This document shows, in pieces, positions 12,428 to 24,492 of a stretch of DNA of 64,000 nt. Every line of letters begins with the position of its first letter. Position 1 is the first letter of the stretch. Origin of the DNA: Eledone cirrhosa (lineage: Eukaryota); NCBI GenBank assembly GCA_964016885.1, contig OZ024742.1, forward strand, positions 313,348,001 to 313,412,000. Reading direction: 5' to 3'. The notes below the pieces were generated by a model, which saw only the letters and a list, made by a program, of their open reading frames with translations, did no database searches and was not told the origin of the DNA. The position numbers and the translations under genes were made by a program.

Positions 12428-14093
12428 ATCATCATCGTCTATCTTCCATGCTAGCATGGGTTTAGACGGCAATTGTCCCACTTGAGGCAAGATTGGTTGG
12501 GTGACCATGTCTCGCTTGTATAGGACTGTCTGGCAGGTTTTCTACGGCTGGATGCTGGGCTGGGATTGGAGGGGGGGAGTAGGGGTATTGGGATGGGGTG
12601 TATATTTGGTTAAGAGGTGCCTACTGACTGTAGGTTTCGCTTTGTACATAGGCAAGGCGGGTCTTCTGTATTACTGCGTAGCGCCAAAGATCTCGGTCCA
12701 GTGACATTGTCTTAGAGACATGTAAGTTTGTAAGGTCGGAATTTATCAAATCGTCCCAGGTTTTTCTGGGTCTACCTACTCCGTAACTTGCATCAATATT
12801 GATCGCCCTGCACTTTTTTATACAACTGTCATCTTTCATGCGCATCACGTGACCATACCAATGTAGTCTTCTCTCGAATAAACCGCATCTGATCCCTCTT
12901 ATTTCTAATTTTTCCCTTAGTTCATTTATGCTTTGCCATTCACATATATTACTATTACACATCCAACGGAGCATGCATGCTTCATTCCTCTCCAGTCTGT
13001 GCAGGTCCACTGCACACAATGCCCATGTGTCACTGCCATGTAACATTGTTGTTCGTATGCAGGCATCATACAGCCTGCCTTTCATTTTTAGACAGAAACT
13101 TTTAGTGGCCAATAGTGGTATAAGCTCTCTGAACTTTTTCCCTCCCGTTCTGACTCTAGCTACTGTACTTTCAGAGCACCCTCCACCACTGCTGATTTTG
13201 TCACCCAGGTAACGGAAGGTGTCCACTAATTCTATAGAAAGAGCTAGTATCCTGTGGGCACTTGCTACTTATTGCACCTGAGCATCGGCCACATATAAAA
13301 TCTACGTTCTTAGATAGCTTACCTGTGATCCCACTACATCTTTTATGTACCCATAGTTTGCATTTGGGACATAAAATGGAGTTTCTGCCTACTCCTTTCC
13401 TACACACTGAGCATGGCCATTACCCAGAGGGTACTTGTGCCCTATTTTCCTTTCTACATACTAGAACTTTAGTCTTAGACAAGTTAACTTTAAGGCCTTT
13501 TGATTCTAGGCCATGCTTCCATGTTTGGAATTTCTTCTCTAGTTCAGCCATCGATTCAGCTATGAGAGTTAGATCATCTGCATAGAGAAGTTCCCATAGG
13601 CAGTCGGTCTTGAACTCCTCTGTTATAGCCTGAAGGGCAATAATAAATAGGAGGGGGCTAAGGACAGAGCCTTGATGAACACCAGCTTTTACGCTAAATT
13701 CTTCACTATATTCATTGTTAATTCTAACCTTGCTGACTGTTTCTTCATACATGGCTTGTATAGCTCTCACCAGCCATTCATCAACACCTAGTTTTCTAAG
13801 AGCCCACCAGATAATGGAGCGGGGGACTCTGTCAAAGGCTTTCTCCAGGTCAACAAAAGCTAAGTATAGGGGTTTACTTTTAGCTAGGTACTTCTCCTGT
13901 AGTTGTCATACAAGGAAAAGAGCGTCTGTGGTACTTTTACTTGACACAAACCCAAACTGCATTTCATCTAGATCAATTCGCTCTCTGATTAGTTGCGCTA
14001 TAACTCTTTCTGTGACCTTCATGACCTGGTCAACTAATTTAATGACTCTATAGTTTCCTCTATATAGGGCATCTCCTTTACCCTTGTAGCAAT
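12428..14093 (-). mobile_element. RTE-clade LINE, 5'-truncated, degenerate reverse transcriptase and 3' UTR with (GAT)n tail
   Basis: ORF fragments YKGKGDA..GNYR, QFGF...STTDA, GVHQGSVLSPLLF, LLYADDL, FRYLG, RLHWYGHVMRM, GRPRKTW, with stops and frameshifts. Confidence 0.93.
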
Positions 14094-14118
14094 ATAATAT
14101 ATATAAAATCATATAGCA

Positions 14119-14212
14119 AGCATATCTGACGATCTTTTGATTATAGAATCAGGTTCGATCTATAGTAGGTCTTTCCTTGAGCTGACCAATAGTGAAATAT
14201 ATGTAATATGTT
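14119..14212 (+). ncRNA. Type I hammerhead ribozyme with expanded 61-nt stem II domain
   Basis: AGCATAT-CTGACGA-[61 nt]-GAAA-TATATG-TA^ATATGTT, 7-bp stem I. Confidence 0.75.
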
Positions 14213-15734
14213 ATTTAATATGCTATGATGCAACACTGTTCCTTTATCCTTATAGTATTATACTCTGCTCTATGTGAGCATCGAGTGCTCAACTAGCATA
14301 CCGCCTACGGATGCAATTTTCTTGCAACCATACAACTATATATATGTGTGTGTGTATTCATAGAAAATGTAGGAATCTCAGATGGAGAAAATACCTGTAA
14401 ACACAGTCAGTTGTGATAAATAATAGCTTAGAAAATCAAAAAATCAGGTAAAATACCCCTATGGATGGAAAACAAAAGTGGCCAGAGGATGAAGGGGAAC
14501 TTTCTAATTGCAAATCCCATGGTCAAATATGTGTCTTATATACATACAGACAGACATATATATGCAAGTGTGGAACAACAAATGTAGTAAAATTATGATA
14601 TATATGTATGTATATATTATATATATTAATATGACAGCCTTTCACACAGTTTCTGTCTAAGTTTCACTCTGACAAGACATTGGTCAACTCTAGACTATAT
14701 TAGAAGGCAAACACCATCAGCATACAGCCATGTTTGTAATAATAGAAAACGAAATAGAAAATGAAGGAGATGGAAAGTGATACAGTGAAACATATATTGA
14801 CATATATAGTTATATATAGTGCTAGATAGATAGAGAGAGGTAAACAGGGAGGTAGATATATAGGTGACTAGATAAATAGATAGATGGACAGGCAGGTACA
14901 CAGACAGATAAATAGATATATTAATAAGACAGATAGATAGACAGAGAGGCCGAAAGACAGACAGACGGGCAGACAGATAGATAGATAGAAAGATAGATAG
15001 ATAGATAAATGTAAGAATGAAAGGTTCAATGTATGAACAAACCATTGAATGACTGGACAATTGGAAAGATAGATCAATTCATTGATTTACCGGTTGCTTA
15101 GTAACGACATTGTAAAATGCAATAAAATAAAGAAATATATAATCAAACAGTAAATAAAAGAAAAAGGAACTTTCTGGATTAATAGACGAAAGAAGAGAAG
15201 CTGGTTGTTGGTGGACAGTGGGTGTAGTTAAAGTAGACATCAGTCATATAACAGATATAACACATTAATGTGAATACTATATATGACAATGACAAGCGTT
15301 TTTAAAGCCATTCACCCTGCTAAAGCAGAGGTTAGCCTTGCAAGCATCATGACAAGCTTCTCCATTTTATCTTATTCTCTATATCCTCCCTCAACAATCA
15401 TCTGACTTTCATTTCTTCCTCAATTATTTTTAGATAAGTCTTTCTTGGCTTTTCCTTTCTTCTATTTTCTTCTGCATTAATTTCCATCACTCATCTCAAC
15501 CACCAACTGTCATCCTTCCCCAACACATGTCCCAGCCATTTCATTCCATTTACCTTCTCAATATTTATCACTGGCTTTATTCCCATCATCTTCAGCAATT
15601 CATTATCTGTCTTCTTCTCACTCAGTAATACTTTGTTCAACCACTGGAGCCATTCTCATTTCTGTTCTTTTCAACCTCCTCTACTCCATATAAATATTTA
15701 GAACGCCATATTGTGATACTGATATTTATATAGA

Positions 15735-16135
15735 CAACTGTGGAAGATATGCGACAGCTGGAGAGAAATGAAGCAAGCATGCTCCATTGAATGTGCAATG
15801 TCAATGTGCGTGAATGACCAAGCATAGACAAGTTGAGAGAGAAACTGTGTATAAGAGGGATAGGCTGTAGTGTGCAGGAGAGAAGACTGCGTTGGTATAG
15901 ACATGTGATGCGCATGGAGGATGACTGCTGGGTAAAGAAGTGCCAAGAAATCCTCGTAGAAGGAAGACCATGAAAAACATGAGCGGAGGTGGTGAGAGCA
16001 GACCTCAGATCGCTGAAGCTCATGGAGATGACGAAGAACCGTGACGAATGGAGAGATGCCGTACTTAATAAGATCCATCCCACCCTTGCAAGCAGGGAAA
16101 AGTGGACGTAAAATGATGTTGATGATGATGATGAC
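15735..16135 (+). mobile_element. RTE LINE 3' fragment with (GAT)n tail
   Basis: Degenerate LERNEASML..CNV..LREKL.IRGI..QERRLRWY.HVMRMEDD coding relic plus shared RTE 3' terminus. Confidence 0.8.
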
Positions 16136-17759
16136 AACTGACACTAAGACACTAGTCACATGACATAGATGTAGCACATTAACCCTTTTGATACCAAAAC
16201 TGTCTCAAACTGCTCTGGATATATGATAGAAAACTACTTGTTTTAAATGTATATCCATATAGTAAAGCCTCCCATCATCATTTTATTTTAGACATTTTTG
16301 TTAAGTGATGTTCTAAATTTAATTTACTAATGAAAAACGTATTTCATTACTTTCGTACAATTTTTTGTTATTTTCAAAATTTATTGAATCATGGTAGAAA
16401 GGGCAGAGAGAAGAAGAGAAAATATTTTTCATACCTAAAATTATTGTGTTTCTGCAAACATTTTATATTCATCGTTGTGCAGTTAAAACTTTAACAACCA
16501 GAAAGGGAAAATTCTTGGGAAGTTAAGATGGAGTGGGAACATAAAGAATCATGTGAGGGACAAATGATTGGTATTGGATTTAGAAAGTAAAGCTAAGTAC
16601 TGAAGAAGAAGTAGAAAATACTACATCATGGATATAACAGATACATTTAAAAGAAACACCAATGCTGAAATCATTTTTCATGGCACCACCACTACCACCT
16701 TACAGGATGGACAGGGTTATTATTGTCATGGCACCAGCACAACCACTTCAAAAAGGTGGACTGAGTGCATTTTATTGTGGTACCAGTCCTACCACTGTAC
16801 AGAGTAAACTGGATGACTTTTTTCATAGCACCAGCACTGTGGAAGAACAAGTGGCTTGTCCTGGGGGTGGCCATGAAGAGAGATAGTTGTGCATAGCAGT
16901 ATATTGGGGTGTGTGTCCAGTTTTCCAAGTATGCATGGGTTGGACAGGAGTGGTGTATCAATGAGTAGGGCGAGCACATCATCAACATCATTAAATACTT
17001 ATTTTCCATGCCTGGGTCAGACAGGTTTTCACATGCTGAAACTAGGCCAGATAGGAGACCACATCTACTTCATATGTTCCATTTTGTTATGGCATCTCCT
17101 CCATGGCTGGATGTTCTTCTCAACCCCATCCAAACATTTTATTATTGTTCAAAGTAGGGTGTGCTCAGCTTTCCATGTTGGCATGGGTTAGATATAGAAG
17201 GAGGTTCATATTTCAGTATTAGTGTGGGCTAGGCTGGGCTAGGAGGTGGGATAAAAAGGAGGTTATCTTATTATATCATCATCATCATCATCATCACCGT
17301 TTTACGTCCGTTCTTCCACGCTAGCATGGGTTAGACGGGTTGTCCTGTTGTGGGCAGTGTCCGGTCGGCTGACCTTGTGTTGTTCATATGGGAACTGATT
17401 CTGGCTTGATTTCTAGAGCTGGATGCCCTTCTTAACACCAACCTCATTTACAGTGAGTGATGGGTGCTTTTTATCCGTGGCACCTCCACGACCACTTTAG
17501 AGTGGAATGATAGGGACCCCAGTCCTATCATCTCATTTCTACAGCTGAGTAAACTGGAGCAATGTGAAATAAAGTGTCTTGCTTAAGGAAACAACACATC
17601 ACCCGGTCCGAGAATTGAATTCACAACCTTTCGATTGCAAGCCCAATGCTCTAACCACTAAGCCATGTGGCTTCACTATATATATATACATACATGATGG
17701 CTGTCAACTTATTAGATGAGCATGACCATCTAATAAGTAGCTGACAGGTTGATTTATAG

Positions 17760-18025
17760 CTGATTGTTTTTTCGAACATGAGAACAACAATGACTTTTGA
17801 AAGCCAGCAAGAGACGTATAATATTTGCCACAACAACTGCAAACTAAATCTATGTTTTTGACCTGACAGTTAGGCCTCTCAAGTGGAAGATCAATATAGG
17901 TTTTCAAATGTCTCATAAGTCTGGAGCAGCTCTTGCAGACTTTGCCACATACATCACAAGTAAGTGAGACTGCAATAATGAATTGAGCATAAGTTGGTGA
18001 GTTGTTTATGTGACTTCTGATGTGG
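17760..18025 (-). mobile_element. LINE C-terminal C2H2 zinc-finger relic
   Basis: Minus strand CDVCGKVCKSCSRLMRHLK and CSCCGK..SLAGFQK. Confidence 0.45.
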
Positions 18026-18039
18026 CTTCAGAGTCCTGT

Positions 18040-18552
18040 GTTTGACAAGCATAATAGACCACACTCATGTTCACAAAGAATTTTTACCTCCAGGACAGAC
18101 AGTGAATTGCACCTTCTACAAAGATGTCTTGGAACAACTTCAAAACAGTGCCCAGTGACACATTGCAGTAAATTGAGTGCTGCACCACGATAACATGCTT
18201 GCTCACACAGCACTTTCAATTAGAGAATTTCTGGTGAAGATAAAGGTTCCCGTTCTTTCACATCCTCTCTTCAGCCCAGATCTAGTATTGTGTGGTTTAT
18301 ACCTCTTCCCTAAGTTGAAATCAAAGCTGAAGGGTCATCATTTTAGTAAATATACAAAAAATAGTAACCGATGAGTTAAGGACATTCACAGAAAATGACT
18401 TCCAGTAGCTTCAATCAATGGAAAAGAACATTTGATTCACTGTGTTACTTCCCAAGGGTCGTATTTTGAAGCAGATAACTTGTAAATTCATGTACATCTA
18501 ATATATATTTAAATAAAACATCAGTACCCTTACTTTTGGGACAAGCCTCGTA
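18040..18552 (+). mobile_element. Mariner transposon remnant (C-terminal transposase and right TIR)
   Basis: HKEFLPPGQTVN..FY..VL, LHHDN..AH, HP.FSPDL..C.LYLFPKLK..LKG..F. Ends CTTACTTTTGGGACAAGCCTCG-TA. Confidence 0.88.
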
Positions 18553-19760
18553 CATGCATACATACATACACACACACATACATACATATACATACATACA
18601 CATATACATACATACATTCATACATACAAACATACGTACATACAAACCTACATACATACATACAAACATACATACATGCATACATACATAGACACACAAA
18701 CATACATACATACAAACAAACATACATACATACATTGACACATGTATACATATGTATATATGCTCAATTACATATACACTCATACAGTCATATAGATTCA
18801 TGAATTGACAAACTTATACATTTTTTCCCCTACATGTTCACAAAGCCAGCAATGCATTATTAATGTCAATAACGTTGTGTGAATGTAGATTTTTAATTGG
18901 TTGAGAATGTCACCTGAATTTTTCCTTGCTATAGGTGGCCATTGCTGTCTCTAACGTTTTGACAGATTCATCAAATACAAAGATATTACTATTGATGTAT
19001 TTCTACACACATCACATACTGCTTGTGTTATTGTCATGTCTTTATATATTCTCTTCCAGTTCATTTCAAGATATGCATACAATGATGGATAGGTTATAGA
19101 AAGATCAATCAATAAATATGTATGTATATATGTATATATTGATGTATGTATGTATGTGTATGTATTCATGTATGTATGTATGTATGTATGTATGTATGTA
19201 TGTATGTATGTATGTATGTATGTATGTATGTATGTGTATGTATTTATGTATTTATGTATCTATGTAAGTATGTATGCATGTATTTATGTATGTGTATGTA
19301 TGTATATGTGTATGTATGTATATGTGTATATATGTATATATGTATGCATGTATATGTGTATATATGTATATATGTATGCATGTATGTGTGCATATATGTA
19401 TGTATATGTGTATGTATGTATGTATGTGTGTGTGCATATATGTATATATGTATTTCTGTATGTATGCATGTATGTATTTATGTAAGTATGTATGTATGTT
19501 TTTATGTAAGTATGTATGCATGTATTTACGTATGTGTGTGTATGTATATGTGTGTATATATGTATGTATGCATGTATGTATGTGTGCATATATGTATGTA
19601 TTTATGCATGTATGCATGTATGCATGTATGTATGTGTGCATGTGAGTATTTATGTATTTATGTATGTATATATCTATATATGTGTGTATATGTATATATA
19701 TATATATGCATGCATGTATGTATATATCTATATATGTGTGTATGTGTATGTATGTACTAC
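18552..19760. repeat. (TACA)n then (TGTA)n arrays in opposite orientation
   Basis: 18552-18790 is CATA-rich and 19118-19760 is TATG-rich. Confidence 0.9.
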
Positions 19761-20259
19761 AATAAGTGTTACAATGATTTAGCTTTATACTAACTATATG
19801 TGAGTGCACATTTCTATATATATTTGTGTGTAGATATATCTGTTATAATGCCTGAAGCTGTAGCAAATGCTTATGATTGCACACATACACAAATAGGAAT
19901 ATAGACACACATATATATATATAGTCTAAGACTTGCTAGAAGGGAAAGTGAATGATAAATTATTATGATGATATATCTATCTATCTATCTTTCCCTCTCT
20001 CTCTCTATATATATATATATATACACATACAAATCATCATCATCCTCATTTAACATCCATCTTCCACGCTAGCATCGGTTAGACGGTTTTGTTCCATTTG
20101 ATGCGGGAATGGTCGGGAGACCATGTCTCGCTTGCATGGAAGCGTTCTGGCAGGATTTTTTTACAGCTGAATGCCCTTCCCAACACCAACCACATTTACT
20201 GTGTGGACTGGGAGCCTTTTCACCGCGCCTCCTACGCGGCTACCTTACAGTGTGGACTG

Positions 20260-21296
20260 TTGTGTCATCGATACAGTGGACGGAACAGGAGAGGGAGGGT
20301 GGGGTAGGATGTGGCGGTGGGGTGTACATTGAGTTAAGAGGTGCCTACTGACTGTAGGTTTGTATGCAATCGTAGTCGAGTCTTCTGTACAACTGCATGG
20401 TGCCAAAGGTCTCAATCCAGTGTCATTGTCTTAGAGAGGTGTAGGTGGGCAAGGTCAGTTTTTATCACCACGTCCCAGGTTTTTCTTGGTCTACCCACTC
20501 CGCAGCTTCCATCAATTTTCATTGCCCTGCACTTTTTTATACAGCTGTCATCCTTCATACGCATCACATGTCCATACCAACGCAATCTCCTCTCCAGAAC
20601 ACAACATTTGAGGCCTCTTATGCTTAGTCTCCCTCTTAGTTTGTTTATGCTTTGCCTTTTGCGCACGTTACTATTACACATCCATATAATAATAATAATA
20701 ATGATAATAATAATTGTTTCTACTTTAGGCACAAGGCCAGCAATTACCCAGTGCATTACTGGTACTTTATTACGGGGTCGATAAAATAAAGTACCAGTAA
20801 TGCACTGGGTAATTGCTGGCCTTGTGCCTAAAGTAGAAACAATTATTATTATCATTATTATTATTATTATATGGATGTGTAATAGTAACGTGCGCAAAAG
20901 GCAAAGCATAAACAAACTAAGAGGGAGACTAAGCATAAGAGGCCTCAAATGTTGTGTTCTGGAGAGGAGATTGCGTTGGTATGGACATGTGATGCGTATG
21001 AAGGATGACAGCTGTATAAAAAAGTGCAGGGCAATGAAAATTGATGGAAGCTGCGGAGTGGGTAGACCAAGAAAAACCTGGGACGTGGTGATAAAAACTG
21101 ACCTTGCCCACCTACACCTCTCTAAGACAATGACACTGGATTGAGACCTTTGGCACCATGCAGTTGTACAGAAGACCCGACTACGATTGCATACAAACCT
21201 ACAGTCAGTAGGCACCTCTTAACTCAATGTACACCCCACCGCCACACCCTACCCCACCCTCCCTCTCCTGTTCCGTCCACTGTATCGATGACACAA
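20260..21296. repeat. Near-perfect 512-bp-arm inverted repeat (RTE 3' fragment plus SINE tail) with 13-nt spacer
   Basis: Arms 20260-20771 and 20785-21296. Mirror-image ORFs appear in the track. Two mismatches seen by eye. Confidence 0.95.
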
Positions 21297-21572
21297 ATAA
21301 TAATAATTGTTTCTACTTTTGGCACAGGACCAGCAATTACTCAAGTGCATTACTGGTGCTTTATTTTATTGACCCTGTAAGGAAGAAAGGCAAAATTAAC
21401 TTCGGCGGAATTTGAACTCAGAATGGCAAGGGCTATAACTCCATGCGTTAAAGCTTGGTGTCCGACCCTCTAATGATACTGCCAATCCCCCCCTCCTCCC
21501 CTAAGGGACGTAATAATAATAATAAATAATTGGGGAACAAAGAATCAGTGTTGTATCATATACATATTTAAT

Positions 21573-21665
21573 CACATATTACATATGTTTCACTGCCGAT
21601 CAGCTCGAGGAACGATCGATTATGTTCATTCCTAACTCTTGAATTGAAAGCTCCTCAGATATGTG
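21573..21665 (-). ncRNA. Type I hammerhead ribozyme with expanded 60-nt stem II domain
   Basis: Minus strand CACATAT-CTGAGGA-[60 nt]-GAAA-CATATG-TA^ATATGTG. Perfect 7-bp stem I and palindromic stem III. Confidence 0.8.
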
Positions 21666-21794
21666 CTTTCATATGTAGACTCACATCCAAACACTGATTC
21701 TTTGTTCCTTAATTATTATTGATACTCTGCTCCTCAATAGCATTGAATGTTCATCTTAGCATACTGCCGGCAAAAGCAATCCAATTACATTCAT

Positions 21795-21859
<65 letters not shown>

Positions 21860-21919
21860 AGTAGGCAGACCCAGAGTAGGCAGACCCAGAAAGGCAGACC
21901 CAGAGTAGGCAGACCCAGA

Positions 21920-21968
<49 letters not shown>

Positions 21969-21996
21969 AGTAGGCAGACCCAGAGTATATACCAGA

Positions 21997-22033
<37 letters not shown>

Positions 22034-22466
22034 GTGATAAAAGCCGACCTTACCCAACTACACCTCTCAAAGTCAATGACACACGACCGTGACTTCTGGC
22101 GTCACGCAGTAATACAGGGTACCCGACCTCCCATGGGTACATGCTGAAGCATATAAACAATATGCCCCCCCCCCCCCCACCGCAAGGTGGTCGTGGAGGT
22201 GCCACGGCAAAAAAGCACCCAGCCCACACTGTAAAGTGGACGTGTAGGCGCCACGAAAAAGCACCCAGCACTCACTGTAAATGAGGTTGGTGTTAGGAAG
22301 GGCATCCAGCTGTAGAAATCAAGCCAGATCAGTTCCTGTATGAGCAAGGCATGGTCAGCCGACCAGACACTGCCCACAACAGGACAACCCGTCTAACCCA
22401 TGCTAGCGTGGAAGAACGGACGTAAAACGGTGATGATGATGATGATGATGATGATATATATATATA

Positions 22467-23260
22467 GGAGTAGGCAGACCCAGAGTAGGCAGACCCAGAG
22501 TAGGCAGACCCAGAGTAGGCAGACCCGGAGTAGGCAGACCCAGAAAAACATGGGACGAGCTGATAAATTCCGACCTCACACGCTTACACCTCTCCAAGAC
22601 AATGTCACTGGACCGAGACCTTTGGCGGTACTCAGTAATAGAGAAGACCCGCCTTACCTAAATACAAAGTAAAAACCTACTACAGTCAGTAGGCACCTCT
22701 ATCAAAACACACCCCCGTCCCACCACCTCCACACCGCCCCTTTCAATGTAAAGTTATGTTGGTCCCACAACATCCAGGCCGAAACAAATGAGATCGTGTA
22801 GGTGTCACGACAAAAAACACACAGTCCACGCTGTAAATGTGGCAGTGTAGGCAACACAGTAAAAACCTCCCAGCCCCACACTGTAAATGTGGTTGGTGTT
22901 AGGAAGGGCATCCAGCTGTAGAAAACCCGCCAGACAGTCCACGCTGTAATGTGGCCGTGTAGGCAACACGGTAAAAACCTCCCAGCCGCACACTGTAAAT
23001 GTGGTTGGTGTTAGGAAGGGCATCCAGCTGTAGAAAACCCGCCAGACAGTCCACGCTGTAATGTGGCCGTGTAGGCAACACGGTAAAAACCTCCCAGCCC
23101 CACACTGTAAATGTGGTTGGTGTTAGGAAGGGCATCCAACTGTAGAAAACCCGCCAGACAGTCCTATGCGAGCAAGACAACCACTCTTGCCTCAAGTGGG
23201 AAAACCCCCGTCCAAACCCATGCAAGCGTGGAACACGGACGCTAAACCTGATGATGATGA
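22467..23260 (+). mobile_element. RTE 3'-end element with 15-bp 5' stutter and triplicated ~112-bp 3' UTR unit
   Basis: (GAGTAGGCAGACCCA)n, then GRPRKTW coding relic. Units start at about 22822, 22935 and 23047. (GAT)n tail. Confidence 0.85.
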
Positions 23261-23275
23261 TATATATATATATAT

Positions 23276-23586
23276 ACTGAAGTAAAAGTTAAGTGGAAAT
23301 ATCCAAGAGTAAGAGGACTCAGTCCTTAGGACAAGTTTAGTATAAATAATTACAACAGTGACATAAACAGGTACTCAAGTTTCGTTGGGTTCTGGACCCC
23401 AATTTCTGTAATGAAAAATGAAAAATGCTTTTCATTTTTCTCATGACAAGCTGAAGAAATTGGAGCCCAGACCCCAACAAAACTTGAGTACCTGTTTATG
23501 TCACTGTTGTAATTATTTATACTAAACTTGTCCTAAGGACTGAGTCCTCTTACTCTTGGATATTTCCACTTAACTTTTACTTCAGT
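23276..23586. repeat. Fold-back element (~130-bp arms) between (TA)n tracts; pseudo-LTR with inverted partial copy
   Basis: 23276-23407 is the reverse complement of 23455-23586. Contains a decayed hammerhead. Confidence 0.88.
23443..23500 (+). ncRNA. Decayed hammerhead ribozyme (GAAA mutated to AAAA)
   Basis: ACAAG-CTGAAGA-AATTGG..CCAAC-AAAA-CTTGAG-TA^CCTGT. The inverted copy near 23365-23406 retains GAAA. Confidence 0.6.
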
Positions 23587-23660
23587 GTATATATATATAT
23601 ATATATATAGTAATGAAATGACAGGAGGCTGGATTTGTGTAAATCCTTGAAAGGTTTATT

Positions 23661-23718
23661 ATACTATGATCATTTCAATGACCGGGTTCCGTATGAATCC
23701 GGTGATATCATCAGGTAT
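23661..23718 (-). ncRNA. Type I hammerhead ribozyme
   Basis: Minus strand ATAC-CTGATGA-[TAT C ACCGG ATTC atacg GAAC CCGGT C ATT]-GAAA-TGATCA-TA^GTAT. Palindromic stem III. Confidence 0.75.
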
Positions 23719-23932
23719 TCGAAATATAATACGTGAATGTAATAGATAAAATCCATGGGGCTGAAAATCGAGGACCCGAGGGCGACCGTTATTCTGTTCC
23801 TTCAACTTCAGCCGGTCGCCCTGGAGTGACGTGGCTAAAGTTTATAGTATGCTACTACCGCTCAGATAAACGAAAACAGAAAGGGATGGGAACATAAGTT
23901 AACGTCGATCTCATGACACAAGGTAAAAGAAA

Positions 23933-23985
<53 letters not shown>

Positions 23986-23986
23986 C

Positions 23987-24146
<160 letters not shown>

Positions 24147-24159
24147 AAGTAAAAGTTAA

Positions 24160-24488
24160 GGCACATGGCTTAGTGGTTAGTGGTTAGAGCATTAGGCTTG
24201 CAATCGAAAGGTTGTGAGTTCAATTCTCAGACCGGGTGATGTGTTGTTTACTTGAGCAAGACACTTTATTTCACATTACTCAGCTGTAGAAATGAGATGA
24301 TAGGAACTGGGGTGCATATCATTCCACTGCAAAGTGGTCGTTAAAAAAAGCACCCAGCACTCACTGTAAATGAGGTTGGTGTTAGGAAGGGCATCCAGCT
24401 GTAGAAATCAAGCCAGAATCAGTTACCGTCCCACCCTTGCAAGCAGGGAAAAGCAGACGTAAAATGAAATGATGATGATGATGATGAT
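24160..24488 (+). mobile_element. tRNA-derived SINE with RTE-type 3' tail (further copies near 8860-9070, 17280-17672, 22190-22452, 49455-49793)
   Basis: A box TGGCTTAGTGG, B box GAGTTCAATTC, RTE-like terminus and (GAT)n tail. Confidence 0.8.
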
Positions 24489-24492
24489 ATAT

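Noticed and set aside
24160-24240. tRNA gene
   Set aside because: tRNA-like head of a SINE that continues into SINE body and tail.
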